64,000 nt of DNA. Origin: an uncultured virus (IMG/VR IMGVR_UViG_3300036715_002448). Its lineage: Duplodnaviria; Heunggongvirae; Uroviricota; Caudoviricetes. Location of the stretch: positions 30,164 to 94,163 of IMG/VR virus record IMGVR_UViG_3300036715_002448; one strand, written 5' to 3'. Made by a program: the position numbers and the translations under genes. The notes beneath the pieces are model-generated. The model was not told where the DNA came from, did no database searches, and was given only the letters and a program-made list of their open reading frames with translations. Below, piece after piece: positions 49,630 to 59,090 of the stretch (position 1 is the first letter of the stretch; each line of letters starts with the position of its first letter).

Positions 49630-50910
49630 TTTAATTTTAATTTTTTAAGTAATTTAAGCATTTTTGTAAAGTATTTTCTTTGTTTTCATTATAATCGATT
49701 TCCCAAATAGTAAGAACATCATATCCATTTATTTTAGCTAATTCTATTTTTAAATTATCCATGTCCCATTTTTCTTTGGCTGTTATTTTCAAACCTCTTA
49801 TAACATCAGTTGATTTATGCATTAATGGATTAGCATGCCAATAGTCACCATTAAATTCTATTATCTTATTATTATATGTAAAATCATAGGAACATTTTAG
49901 CTTACCATCCTTAGAACTAATCCACTTTTCTTTTTTAGGAATTTCTATGTTTAATTCTTTACAAATTAATGCAATTATTTCATTAGCAAATTTAGAAGAA
50001 GGAGACCTACTGTCACCTTGTTCATTAAAATTTTTATGTAATGATTTAATCCATTTTTCCTGCCTATTATTATATTTTTTTGTTCCTTCAATAATTCCTA
50101 GTTTTTCAATACATTTTTCAAGAGTAAATGTTGATTGACGTTCTTTTAATTTTTGTTTAGCTTCTTCTATTGAAAACCCTTTTTTAATCCAGTAATTTAG
50201 TTGAGTTGGCAACGTGGCAATATATTTTTCTGGATTTTCCTTTCTTTTCTTAGAAAATTTTAAAGCTTGTTTTCGTTGAAATTCAGAAACCTTTAAAATA
50301 GATTCTTCCTTAGAAAATCCTTTTTTGATATAATAGTAAATACTATTTGGTGAATTTTCTAATTGCTTTATAGCAGAATCTTCTGTAGAAAATCCTTTCG
50401 CTTTCCAGTATTTTAAACAAATCGGACCTCCATTAGACTTGTACCTTTCTGGATTAATTAAACGTTTTTTTATCAGTTTATCAGAATTATTTTTTTGCAA
50501 GTCACTTATTACCTTTTTTGCATATTCAATAGAATGTCCTCGTAATGTATAGTATTCAGTATTTAGTGACGAAGGTTGTTTTCCATTATTTTCAGATTTA
50601 ATATAATTACTTAATGTTTTTATTAAAATATAAGTAGGAATTTCATCTACTGATAATCCTAATTTTTCTATAGTATCAAATAATTTTACAGAATTCCATT
50701 TTTTAAAAAAATCAATTTCTAATAAATTCCTATTTTTTAACTTTGCTAAGTCAGTTTTCATTATGCTTTTTTATTTATATATCTTTTAAAGCATGGATAT
50801 TCTGGTATAGGCAAACAAAATAATTATTTATTTTTTAGAAATTCTAAAAATTGGTTTCTTACTATATCATCTTTTATATTAATTTCTAATTTTGTACTAG
50901 GGTCTAGACA
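49261..50910 (-). mobile_element. Atypically split intein + nested endonuclease cassette in gp46 (IntN 50827-50910, IntC 49261-49629)
   Basis: Inserted in Walker A GQSGIGK|S; Cys1, HN, Ser+1. Confidence 0.9.
49637..50761 (-). CDS. Free-standing Vsr-like/EDxHD homing endonuclease nested in gp46
   Basis: Four Y(W/Y)xx(K/R)G(F/H)S repeats, FTLEKCIEKLG, YDFTYNNKIIEFNGDYWHANP, VLTIWE. Confidence 0.87.
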   Translation of the reverse strand: MKTDLAKLKNRNLLEIDFFKKWNSVKLFDTIEKLGLSVDEIPTYILIKTLSNYIKSENNGKQPSSLNTEYYTLRGHSIEYAKKVISDLQKNNSDKLIKKRLINPERYKSNGGPICLKYWKAKGFSTEDSAIKQLENSPNSIYYYIKKGFSKEESILKVSEFQRKQALKFSKKRKENPEKYIATLPTQLNYWIKKGFSIEEAKQKLKERQSTFTLEKCIEKLGIIEGTKKYNNRQEKWIKSLHKNFNEQGDSRSPSSKFANEIIALICKELNIEIPKKEKWISSKDGKLKCSYDFTYNNKIIEFNGDYWHANPLMHKSTDVIRGLKITAKEKWDMDNLKIELAKINGYDVLTIWEIDYNENKENTLQKCLNYLKN

Positions 50911-51033
50911 TTTACCAATACCTGATTGTCCGTGTAATAAATATAACATACCTTCTTTTGTGTCGAAGTTAAGTTCTTGTTCTACATTGCCATAGCTATT
51001 AAAATTTTTGAAACGTAAGTTCAAAATTCTCAT
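50824..51033 (-). CDS. gp46: N-terminal 41 aa of gp46 + split-intein N fragment (28 aa)
   Basis: FKNFNSYGN, GQSGIGK then CLDPSTKLEI. Confidence 0.92.
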   Translation of the reverse strand: MRILNLRFKNFNSYGNVEQELNFDTKEGMLYLLHGQSGIGKCLDPSTKLEINIKDDIVRNQFLEFLKNK

Positions 51034-51083
51034 TGTTTTAATTTTTAGTTTTTAATCTTCTATTCAAGTTTAATATACACATG

Positions 51084-52169
51084 TCATCTCATTTCTTTTA
51101 AAATAGAATTGTACATAGATTCAATTCTATCAATTAATTTAGTTTTAACATCATCTGTATATGTTAACGATTTAACATAACGTTCACATAATCCTAAAAT
51201 ATTAAAATTTTGTTCAAGTTTTTCATCATCTAATCCAACTTCACCATTTGACTCGAATGGAATAATTTCTAGTTTAATAGCAACTTTACTTAAAATGTCA
51301 ATTATTTGCGCTATTTGAATTTGATATTTCAACAAAACAGAATCAATGTACAAATCTACTTTGTTATTTTTACAAACAGCCATTAATTCTTCTATTGTAT
51401 TATCTAAATACTTATGCAAATAAACTCTTATAAATTTAGGTGATCTTTTATTTTCAAAAAATTTTTCTTTATCTGTTTGAAAATCAATTAAATAAAATCC
51501 TTTTTTATTATTTGCATCAGACCTAGTCATTTGGTATGAATTGCCTAAAACGACTACATTTTTATGCTTTTGCGCAGTGTGTATATGACCCGTATAAACT
51601 TTTTTGAATTTGACTAAATGTTTAAGCTCCAATCCTTCTTCTATTTTTCTGGATTTATCAAAATCAAATGTTTTAATATCTGTATGACAAAACAAGTATT
51701 CAGGTTTAAAAGAATCAAATTTTTGTATTTCTGCTATTTCATCAGCAGCAGAAGTTTGCCAAGGCATAAGCATCAAATTCTTGTTCTCTAATTCAAGTAT
51801 AAGAGTTTCTTTAACAATAGTAACTCTTGGTATATATTTAAAAGAATCTAACGAAGTTATTTCGTTAGAAGTCTTTCGAAAAATGTCATGATTACCTGCT
51901 AGTACGTAAACTCCATCCTTAAAAATAGATGAAAAAATTTCCATTAATTTTATGGATTCGTGCAATACTGACAAATTAATCGATTGTCTATTGTCAAAAA
52001 AGTCCCCACAATGAATAAGTATGTCTCCTTCTCGATATTCTGCTTTAACCCTTGGTATAAAATCATTGTAAAAGTAATCTAAAATCAATTCCAGCCATTC
52101 ATTTGAGTTTGATCGAGCACCAAAATGTGAATCAGTAACTAAGAATGCTCTTTTTGCATTTATCTTCAT
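51084..52169 (-). CDS. gp47: Mre11/SbcD-like nuclease
   Basis: TDSHFG, GDFFDNR, GNHD, GHIH. Confidence 0.93.
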   Translation of the reverse strand: MKINAKRAFLVTDSHFGARSNSNEWLELILDYFYNDFIPRVKAEYREGDILIHCGDFFDNRQSINLSVLHESIKLMEIFSSIFKDGVYVLAGNHDIFRKTSNEITSLDSFKYIPRVTIVKETLILELENKNLMLMPWQTSAADEIAEIQKFDSFKPEYLFCHTDIKTFDFDKSRKIEEGLELKHLVKFKKVYTGHIHTAQKHKNVVVLGNSYQMTRSDANNKKGFYLIDFQTDKEKFFENKRSPKFIRVYLHKYLDNTIEELMAVCKNNKVDLYIDSVLLKYQIQIAQIIDILSKVAIKLEIIPFESNGEVGLDDEKLEQNFNILGLCERYVKSLTYTDDVKTKLIDRIESMYNSILKEMR

Positions 52170-52170
52170 C

Positions 52171-52599
52171 TTAAAATAATCTGTAATTTTTTTGTAGAAA
52201 GCCTCTAGTTCTTAATTCCTTAATAAGCTCATCTTTAAATGTATTAGAAAGAGACTCATAAAATTTAGATTGATTTAAATCTAAAATCTCTACCAATACT
52301 GAAAAAATTTCAATTAAATATTCTTGGTTAAATTTGTTTTTGCAAAAGCTGTAAATTTCATTTAATTCTAATTTAGAAATTTTTGAAAATTTACGTTCTT
52401 TGTTTGGCGTTATGTATTTTTTTAATTTTTCATCTGCTTCAAAATATTCCATAATTTTTTCATAGACCTTTTCTTCATCCATTTTTGTATCATAGGAATC
52501 TACTTTAGCAAAATCATCTACATCAAATGAAATTGGAGATCCATCTCCATACGATTCATAAAATGAGTTAAAAAATATTTTATCGTTATCTTGAACCAT
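52171..52599 (-). CDS. Hypothetical protein, possibly a gp33-like late co-activator
   Basis: YLIEIF..FYESLSNTFKDELIKEL weakly resembles the gp33 core. Confidence 0.4.
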   Translation of the reverse strand: MVQDNDKIFFNSFYESYGDGSPISFDVDDFAKVDSYDTKMDEEKVYEKIMEYFEADEKLKKYITPNKERKFSKISKLELNEIYSFCKNKFNQEYLIEIFSVLVEILDLNQSKFYESLSNTFKDELIKELRTRGFLQKNYRLF

Positions 52600-52613
52600 T
52601 ATTTTATTTTATT

Positions 52614-53768
52614 TTATACAATATTGTCAGCCATTATTACTTCATCAGTTTCTATCAGTCTCATATAGCTGTATTGAACATTATATTTACACTTCATATT
52701 CTTCCCTGCACCATTCCTTACTTTAAGAAGCTTAAGCCAATACTCGTTTCTAATTTGCATTTCTGGTATTTGGATAATTCCTAACAATACATCCACAGTG
52801 TGAGCTAGTGCTGCAGATTCAGAAATATCCGACATATTAACATTAGCAGAGTCCCATCCTTGTTTTCCAAATTGTGTTGCAGTTATAACTAACCAATTAT
52901 TTCTAATTGCCATAGCTCTTAAATCTTCGGCAATTTGTTTAATTTTCATATAAGTATTTTCTGAATTAGGATTACGATAATTCATCAAAATATTTATATA
53001 ATCGATTATTATAACTTGAAATTTTATTCCTTTAGCTACTTCTAATTCTCTTAAATATAATTCAACATCCGGGACTGATGCAGCTGATGTTGCAAATTCT
53101 TTAACATGAAGTTGACCTGGTGGAATAATTCCATTTGATATATTCAAAAGCTTATTTTTTATATAATCTTGCTTTTTAGACATTTTTTCATAATCTTCTA
53201 TTTTAATATCTAATAAATTAGCACCCATACGTTGATTATAATTAACTTCCGACATTTCAGCAGTTATAACAGCAACATTATTCCCAGCTCTTGAGTGATT
53301 TACTGCTTCGTTTGCCAAGAAAATAGAATTGTGTGAAAGTATATCATTTGTCCAATATCTATGATTTTCATCATCAACTTGAATGTCATACATATTTTCA
53401 AAATATCCTAAATTAGAGACTTTTTCTACCGTATCTAATCCTGTTTTTGTAACAATTTTATCATATCTTGGATCTTTACTAAAATTATTTAAATCTTTTA
53501 CAAAAGTTTCCCTCCACAATTCATTAAAAACAATATGAGTATCGGCACACTTTAATTTTTTACCTTGATTAGTTTCCAATTCCCAAACTTCATAAGGAAC
53601 AGTTTTTCCAATTCCTTTAATCGAAGACCATCCTTTATCGGTTTCTATTTCCCAATCATAAATTTCAAAATAGTCTTCGTATTTATGTTCTACTAAGTCA
53701 GAAGGTTTTATTTCTAAATTAGGTTTTGTAAAAAGTTCTAACAACTCATTAAATTGATTATCGGTCAT
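52614..53768 (-). CDS. gp41: Split-intein C fragment (147 aa) + C-terminal part of DnaB-like replicative helicase
   Basis: CADTH..YDIQV..HRYWTNDILSHN|SIFLANEA; TAEMSE, IIDYINI, IAEDLR, TATQ, SESAAL. Confidence 0.94.
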   Translation of the reverse strand: MTDNQFNELLELFTKPNLEIKPSDLVEHKYEDYFEIYDWEIETDKGWSSIKGIGKTVPYEVWELETNQGKKLKCADTHIVFNELWRETFVKDLNNFSKDPRYDKIVTKTGLDTVEKVSNLGYFENMYDIQVDDENHRYWTNDILSHNSIFLANEAVNHSRAGNNVAVITAEMSEVNYNQRMGANLLDIKIEDYEKMSKKQDYIKNKLLNISNGIIPPGQLHVKEFATSAASVPDVELYLRELEVAKGIKFQVIIIDYINILMNYRNPNSENTYMKIKQIAEDLRAMAIRNNWLVITATQFGKQGWDSANVNMSDISESAALAHTVDVLLGIIQIPEMQIRNEYWLKLLKVRNGAGKNMKCKYNVQYSYMRLIETDEVIMADNIV

Positions 53769-55139
53769 TTATATTTAATTTAAAAATTCTATGCATTTTT
53801 CTATAACTTGTTTTTTATCTTGTTTAAAATCTGATTCCCAAATAGTCAAAACTGTATAATTATAAGAATTAGCTAATTCAACTTTTTGCTTATCTATCTC
53901 CCATTTTTCATAAGCAAATTTTTTAGTTCGTTTATTAAAATAGTCTTTGTCGTATATACTGGGATTCATGTGCCAAAAGTCGCCATTAATTTCTATAATT
54001 TTTTTGCCAACTTTAAAATCAAAACCCATCCGTTTTCCACGTTCTTCATCGAAAATTTCAAATTCATTTTTATAACACATTGCATCTGGATAAAATTTTA
54101 ATAATTCATCAATAACAGTTTTTGAAATGTTTGAAATTCTAGTAGAATTAATCGATTTTGGTTTTTTTGAAAACTCTCCATTTTTATACTTAGATTCAAT
54201 TTTAGCAGACCATTTAGAATTTCTATCATTATATTTTTTTATTCCTAATTCTTCTCCATATTTAGCAATACATTTTTCTAAAGTGAAAGTTTTTTGACGT
54301 TCTTTAACAAATTGTTTAGATTCTTCCTCGGAAAATCCTTTATTTAACCAATACTGTATTTGATTTGGTCTTTTAGCATTTTTAAAATAATTTGGGTTTC
54401 GTTTGTTCCATTTTATTATTCCAGCACTTCGTTTTTTGCCAATTTCTAACATTTTTTGTTTAGCTTCATTTTCAGTTAAACCCATTTTAATATAAGTTTC
54501 AACCGTTTGTCGGCCAAAATTACCAGTTTCTTTTTTTGTTTTTAAAGATTTTTCTTGAATTTTATTAGTTGTAATCTTTAATTTATTTTTTGCATCTTCT
54601 AGTGAAAACCCTTTATTAAGTAAAAAATCTATTGAACAAGTTCCAAACTTTTTAGAACGAATATCTTTAATTTGCTCGATATTCCAACCTCTATCCAACC
54701 AATATGCTTCATTTTGTGCATGTGTCGAATAAATTCCTAAACAATTAAATGCACTAAAACGAGTGTTGTATGTTTTAAAGTCTTGTTTTGTTATAAGTTC
54801 AAAATACTTAGTTGAATATGACTCGTATAAATTTTCAAAATATGTATGATTTTCTAAATTTAAGTTTAAAATACAAGATTGTACTATAGTAACAAATTCA
54901 GTAAAACAAACAGGAATAGTTTTCCAATTAGTATATTTTTTTCGTAATTTGTTTAATTTAAAATCACAGTATAAATCTTGAAGTACCATAAGTTTTATTT
55001 TATATCTAAGCAAGTGAACGAAATATAGGGAAAAAGCCAATTATTTCTTAACTAAGTTGTAAAATTTTTCTATAGATATATTTAAAATTTCTAGTGTTTT
55101 TGTATTACGGATTTTAATAATAGTATCTTTATGGGCACA
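53328..55139 (-). mobile_element. Atypically split intein + nested endonuclease cassette in gp41 (IntN 55044-55139, IntC 53328-53768)
   Basis: Inserted in Walker A GEPNIGK|S; Cys1, HN, Ser+1. Confidence 0.9.
53775..54989 (-). CDS. Free-standing Vsr-like/EDxHD homing endonuclease nested in gp41
   Basis: YWLNKGFS repeats, FDFKVGKKIIEINGDFWHMNP; ATG 54989 preferred over TTG 55040 because a class A variant lies just upstream. Confidence 0.87.
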   Translation of the reverse strand: MVLQDLYCDFKLNKLRKKYTNWKTIPVCFTEFVTIVQSCILNLNLENHTYFENLYESYSTKYFELITKQDFKTYNTRFSAFNCLGIYSTHAQNEAYWLDRGWNIEQIKDIRSKKFGTCSIDFLLNKGFSLEDAKNKLKITTNKIQEKSLKTKKETGNFGRQTVETYIKMGLTENEAKQKMLEIGKKRSAGIIKWNKRNPNYFKNAKRPNQIQYWLNKGFSEEESKQFVKERQKTFTLEKCIAKYGEELGIKKYNDRNSKWSAKIESKYKNGEFSKKPKSINSTRISNISKTVIDELLKFYPDAMCYKNEFEIFDEERGKRMGFDFKVGKKIIEINGDFWHMNPSIYDKDYFNKRTKKFAYEKWEIDKQKVELANSYNYTVLTIWESDFKQDKKQVIEKCIEFLN

Positions 55140-55730
55140 CTTACCTATATTGGGTTCACCAGCGTAAGCAACTAAAGTTCCTAATGAATATCCGCCTAAT
55201 AAAGAATCTATCCAATTGTGATTAGAAGAAAATTTAGTACCAGCAGGAGTTATATGTGACTCAGGATTAAAAAAGTCACTACCTAAATTTGTATTAAAAG
55301 ATATCGAATTTCTTTCATTAATAAGTGTTTTTACTTTGTTAATAACATCCTTTACATTATTTGGGTCTACTTTAACAGTCTTTACATATTCAATTGTATC
55401 TACCAATGATTTATCTAATGACTTCCATAGTACCCAAGCTTGACAAGTTTCAGTCAACCAATCTGGATCATAGTCACTTAACTTTTCATCAAAAACAACA
55501 TTTATAATACTTTCTGATATTTGGGTTTTAAATTGTGCTTGATTAGCTAATGTTTTTAATTGAGCTACCGAAGGAACCTGGTTAAACCTTTCATAAAATT
55601 GTTTTGTAATATTATGAAGGACTGAAAGCTGTTTATTTTCATAAAAAGACTCAACTACGTTTTTTAAGTATTTTGGATTTTCTCTTGTATAAAGATAAAA
55701 AATTTTTTCAAAAGCATCAGAACCAACCAT
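55041..55730 (-). CDS. gp41: N-terminal 197 aa of gp41 helicase + split-intein N fragment (32 aa)
   Basis: LGSDFF, IDSLLGG, AGEPNIGK then CAHKDTIIKI. Confidence 0.92.
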   Translation of the reverse strand: MVGSDAFEKIFYLYTRENPKYLKNVVESFYENKQLSVLHNITKQFYERFNQVPSVAQLKTLANQAQFKTQISESIINVVFDEKLSDYDPDWLTETCQAWVLWKSLDKSLVDTIEYVKTVKVDPNNVKDVINKVKTLINERNSISFNTNLGSDFFNPESHITPAGTKFSSNHNWIDSLLGGYSLGTLVAYAGEPNIGKCAHKDTIIKIRNTKTLEILNISIEKFYNLVKK

Positions 55731-55796
55731 ATAAGATATTTATTAAGTTATTTAGAAATTATATGCACCAGAATGACTAAAGTTTACAAAAATAAC

Positions 55797-55820
55797 AAAA
55801 GGTACTCTTTCGAGTACCTT
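55797..55820 (-). terminator. Intrinsic terminator
   Basis: Minus strand AAGGTACTC-GAAA-GAGTACCTTTT. Confidence 0.8.
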
Positions 55821-56130
55821 AATAATCAAATTTTAAAATTTTATAAACCTTTTTCCTTGGTGGGGCTACATTACCGGACTCTATGAGAGTGTTAAGAAGT
55901 TTATCGGTTTTTTCTTTGTCATTATCCAGATATTGCAATAAAAAATTGTATACAAAAAAATGACCCGTTGGATCATTTTCACTAATCCTTCGTTGTTCTA
56001 ACGCCGCCATTTGTGTTGAACTACTTATCCAATCTAAATAAAAGTATTCAAAATCTTCTATTGTTGGAAAATTAGGGTCACTTTTATATGACCCTAATAT
56101 GTACTTTAATTTTAAGTTTTTCAAATCCAT
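55819..56130 (-). CDS. Hypothetical protein
   Basis: ORF start overlaps the UvsX stop codon. Confidence 0.6.
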   Translation of the reverse strand: MDLKNLKLKYILGSYKSDPNFPTIEDFEYFYLDWISSSTQMAALEQRRISENDPTGHFFVYNFLLQYLDNDKEKTDKLLNTLIESGNVAPPRKKVYKILKFDY

Positions 56131-57602
56131 TAGTCAACATTTAGTTCTCCTGAGTCATCAATTAAGTCATCTAGATATTCATCTGTAATTTCATCATCTA
56201 ATCCATAAGTAAACCTTGGTTTGATGCATTTTTCATTAATGGCTTCTAATACTTCTTGGTTAAAAACTTCCGCGGTAAACAATTTACTTGGAGGAATTCC
56301 TTCTCCTAAATGTTTAACAATAAAATTACGAGCAGTTTCTTTAGGTGTAAAATACACTAATTCCCCTGTTTTAGCATTAAAAGGTTGTGCTAAAGTTTTG
56401 TCTTTATCATTTAGCTTTTCATATTCTTTTGCTGTTAGTATGTTTCCTTTTTGAATTCCACAAACATTCCAAGAAATATATTCTTCCATTCCAATATAAG
56501 GATTCATACCCATATCCCATCTAATATGTAGTTTAATAGATTGAGGTTTAACATAACGATTTTTTAACGCAGTTGCAGTAACAATAATGCCTGTTTGAAC
56601 AGCCCCATCTTTTAATTTTGCTTTTGATAAATTAACAATAATAGAAGGTGCGTAAATAATACCTCCACCACCTGAAATATTAACAGAAGGAAAAATTCCA
56701 ACTGACGCGTATGTATGGTTCGACATAATCATGGGAATACCTAAACAAGATAAGTCAGAAGTAATAATACGAAACAATGATCTAATTATCTTAGCACGTG
56801 TCATATCTGCAGCAGTATTACCACCTAATGCATCATCAATTTCTTTAGTAGTCGCTAACATACCTAAAGAGTCTAAGAAAATTGCAATCTTTGGAATTTG
56901 AAAACCTTTTTCTTTAGCTTCCATTAATTTTTTAACTAAAGTAGTAATAGAAGTTCTAAACTTAGCTAAATCTGACATTGGTTGATGATCAAATTTTGTA
57001 CCATCAATATCAAATCCTTTAATAGAGTCAACATCAATAGCACCTTCAGTATCATAATAAACTACATAATAACCAAGTTCTTGTGCATTTCTTGCTATAT
57101 TTAACATTGCAAAAGTTTTTGCTGTGTTATGTGAAGATATTCCATCACACCAATATCTATGATTTTCATGTAAAACTTCCCAATCATACACTTCTTCTTC
57201 CCCAATTTCAACATTGCTAATTACCTTTTGATAGCCTGTATTAGTTAAAATTAAGTCACCAACTTTTAAATTTTTAGTAAATTCAAAATCGAGATTAAAT
57301 CTACTTTCTATTAAATGATCTTCCGAAACTTTGATTTTTTTATCAATTGTTTCTAATTGAAAAATCTTCCTTGGTTTTTTAATAAAAAAGTCACCTAACA
57401 ATTGATAACCATCTGGTGTATCTATTAAAAAATTAGAATTTGTATAATTTAAAACTAAATCGCCTGCTTCAACAAATTCGCTGTATTTTTCACAATGCAA
57501 ATCAAAAATACGGTCAAAGTCTTCACTTGCAATAGCTTGAATTTTTTCAATATCCCATTCAGGATACATTAGCAATTCTTTTATTTTTTCTTTTTTTGTC
57601 AT
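56130..57602 (-). CDS. uvsX: Split-intein C fragment (~159 aa) + C-terminal part of UvsX/RecA-like recombinase
   Basis: SEDH..VYDWEV..HRYWCDGISSHN|TAKT; YDTEGA, FLDSLGML, DMTRAK, NHTY, SGGGG; ATG 57602 or TTG 57611. Confidence 0.93.
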   Translation of the reverse strand: MTKKEKIKELLMYPEWDIEKIQAIASEDFDRIFDLHCEKYSEFVEAGDLVLNYTNSNFLIDTPDGYQLLGDFFIKKPRKIFQLETIDKKIKVSEDHLIESRFNLDFEFTKNLKVGDLILTNTGYQKVISNVEIGEEEVYDWEVLHENHRYWCDGISSHNTAKTFAMLNIARNAQELGYYVVYYDTEGAIDVDSIKGFDIDGTKFDHQPMSDLAKFRTSITTLVKKLMEAKEKGFQIPKIAIFLDSLGMLATTKEIDDALGGNTAADMTRAKIIRSLFRIITSDLSCLGIPMIMSNHTYASVGIFPSVNISGGGGIIYAPSIIVNLSKAKLKDGAVQTGIIVTATALKNRYVKPQSIKLHIRWDMGMNPYIGMEEYISWNVCGIQKGNILTAKEYEKLNDKDKTLAQPFNAKTGELVYFTPKETARNFIVKHLGEGIPPSKLFTAEVFNQEVLEAINEKCIKPRFTYGLDDEITDEYLDDLIDDSGELNVD

Positions 57603-58861
57603 TTTATACAATTTTATTTTTTATAAATTCTATGCATTTTTCTAATTTAAAAGGATCATCATCCCATACAACAAGCAAATCGTATCCTTTTTGAATTATT
57701 AAATTATTTTTATAATTATCGAAAATTAAATTATCAAAATAATTCATTTTTTTTAATGGGTTAAACCAAGTTAATTTTTCTTCTTCGGTTGCATCTGGTT
57801 TAGGATGAAATGTTGTTCCATTGTATTCTATTGCTATTTTTTTAGAAGGTATAACAAAATCATAAAAATATAATCGTTTTGTTAAATCATCATAAATAAA
57901 ATATTCAGGGTTATTAAAATATACATCATCAATACATAAATTTAAAGAAGAAATAATAGACTCAAATAATTTAATTGAAACACTTGATACTCTAGGTAAT
58001 CTTAGCCTTTGTTTTATTTTAATTTGGTTTTTATCTTCATCGGATTTGGAATTCATTGTAGATCTCCATTTAATCTGCCTTTCTATAAATTTATTAGTTC
58101 CTATTTCCTTTCCATATTTTAATATACAATTTTCTAATGTAAAAGCACCTTGTAACTTTCTTTCTACTAATGCATTTTTAGCATCTTGTAAGTCCAGTCC
58201 TTTGTTTAAATAATACTTTAATTGCATGTTTGTTAACATTTCTTTGGTACCATTTTTATGATTTTTCCAAAGATTAACAAATCCAGTTCTTTGTTTATTA
58301 TAAATTTTTTCTCTTGCTTCTATTTCGGTAAATAACAAATTAGTATTAGGATTAATTTTGTCTAAATAAAATTCCCATCTATTGCTATTACCCTTAGACT
58401 TATTTATTTTATCTAAATTTGGATTATTTTTTAATGTTGATTGTATTTTTTTTGCTATTTCTATATTACAAGTTGCCTGCAATTTTTTTATTTTTGATAA
58501 TCCAAATTCTTCGCTATATCCTCTATCTAAATAGTACTTTAAATTTCTACAATTAGGATGTAATTTTAAAAGTTTATAAGGATTACCAAAATTACGTTTT
58601 TTATAATTATCATACAAATGGAAATTTTCACAATAAAACTTATATAAATTTTTTAAAACAGTTAAATTAGGATTATCTGAAAAATTACAACTTATTTGTA
58701 TATTTTTATGAAATTCTAAAATATCTACAGGATTTTTTTTATGTATTGTTTTATTTTTAACAGAGTTTTCAAAATATAAATCACATATTGATAATTTTGT
58801 GTTTTGCATTAGGATTAGATTTTATTTTATATATCTTTATCCTTTGATTTTTTTGTACACA
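57126..58861 (-). mobile_element. Atypically split intein + nested endonuclease cassette in uvsX (IntN 58784-58861, IntC 57126-57602)
   Basis: Inserted in Walker A GESG|TAKT; Cys1, HN, Thr+1. Confidence 0.88.
57604..58809 (-). CDS. Free-standing Vsr-like/EDxHD homing endonuclease nested in uvsX
   Basis: YYLDRGYS/YYLNKGLD repeats, FYDFVIPSKKIAIEYNGTTFHP, LLVVWD. Confidence 0.85.
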   Translation of the reverse strand: MQNTKLSICDLYFENSVKNKTIHKKNPVDILEFHKNIQISCNFSDNPNLTVLKNLYKFYCENFHLYDNYKKRNFGNPYKLLKLHPNCRNLKYYLDRGYSEEFGLSKIKKLQATCNIEIAKKIQSTLKNNPNLDKINKSKGNSNRWEFYLDKINPNTNLLFTEIEAREKIYNKQRTGFVNLWKNHKNGTKEMLTNMQLKYYLNKGLDLQDAKNALVERKLQGAFTLENCILKYGKEIGTNKFIERQIKWRSTMNSKSDEDKNQIKIKQRLRLPRVSSVSIKLFESIISSLNLCIDDVYFNNPEYFIYDDLTKRLYFYDFVIPSKKIAIEYNGTTFHPKPDATEEEKLTWFNPLKKMNYFDNLIFDNYKNNLIIQKGYDLLVVWDDDPFKLEKCIEFIKNKIV

Positions 58862-59074
58862 GCCTGATTCACCAACAATAGCAACCCCTTTATTACAAGG
58901 AATTCCTTTAAATAAGTCTCCTGAAAATAACGCATTTAAATGATAATTTCCAGTACCAATATATTCTAACGTTTTCGTAAAATCAGTACTAGAAATTACA
59001 CCACCAAATTGATTAATCGTTTTTAATTCTTTTCTTACTTCATCAAGAGAAAAAGTTTTTAATTCCTTTGCCAT
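58781..59074 (-). CDS. uvsX: N-terminal 71 aa of UvsX + split-intein N fragment (26 aa)
   Basis: IGTGNYHLNALFSGDLFKGIP..IVGESG then CVQKNQRIKI. Confidence 0.9.
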   Translation of the reverse strand: MAKELKTFSLDEVRKELKTINQFGGVISSTDFTKTLEYIGTGNYHLNALFSGDLFKGIPCNKGVAIVGESGCVQKNQRIKIYKIKSNPNAKHKIINM

Positions 59075-59090
59075 ATTTAATTTTTATTTT

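Noticed and set aside
54990-55040. TTG start extension of the gp41-nested endonuclease
   Set aside because: It spans the promoter-like motif; ATG at 54989 matches the spacing seen in the other cassettes
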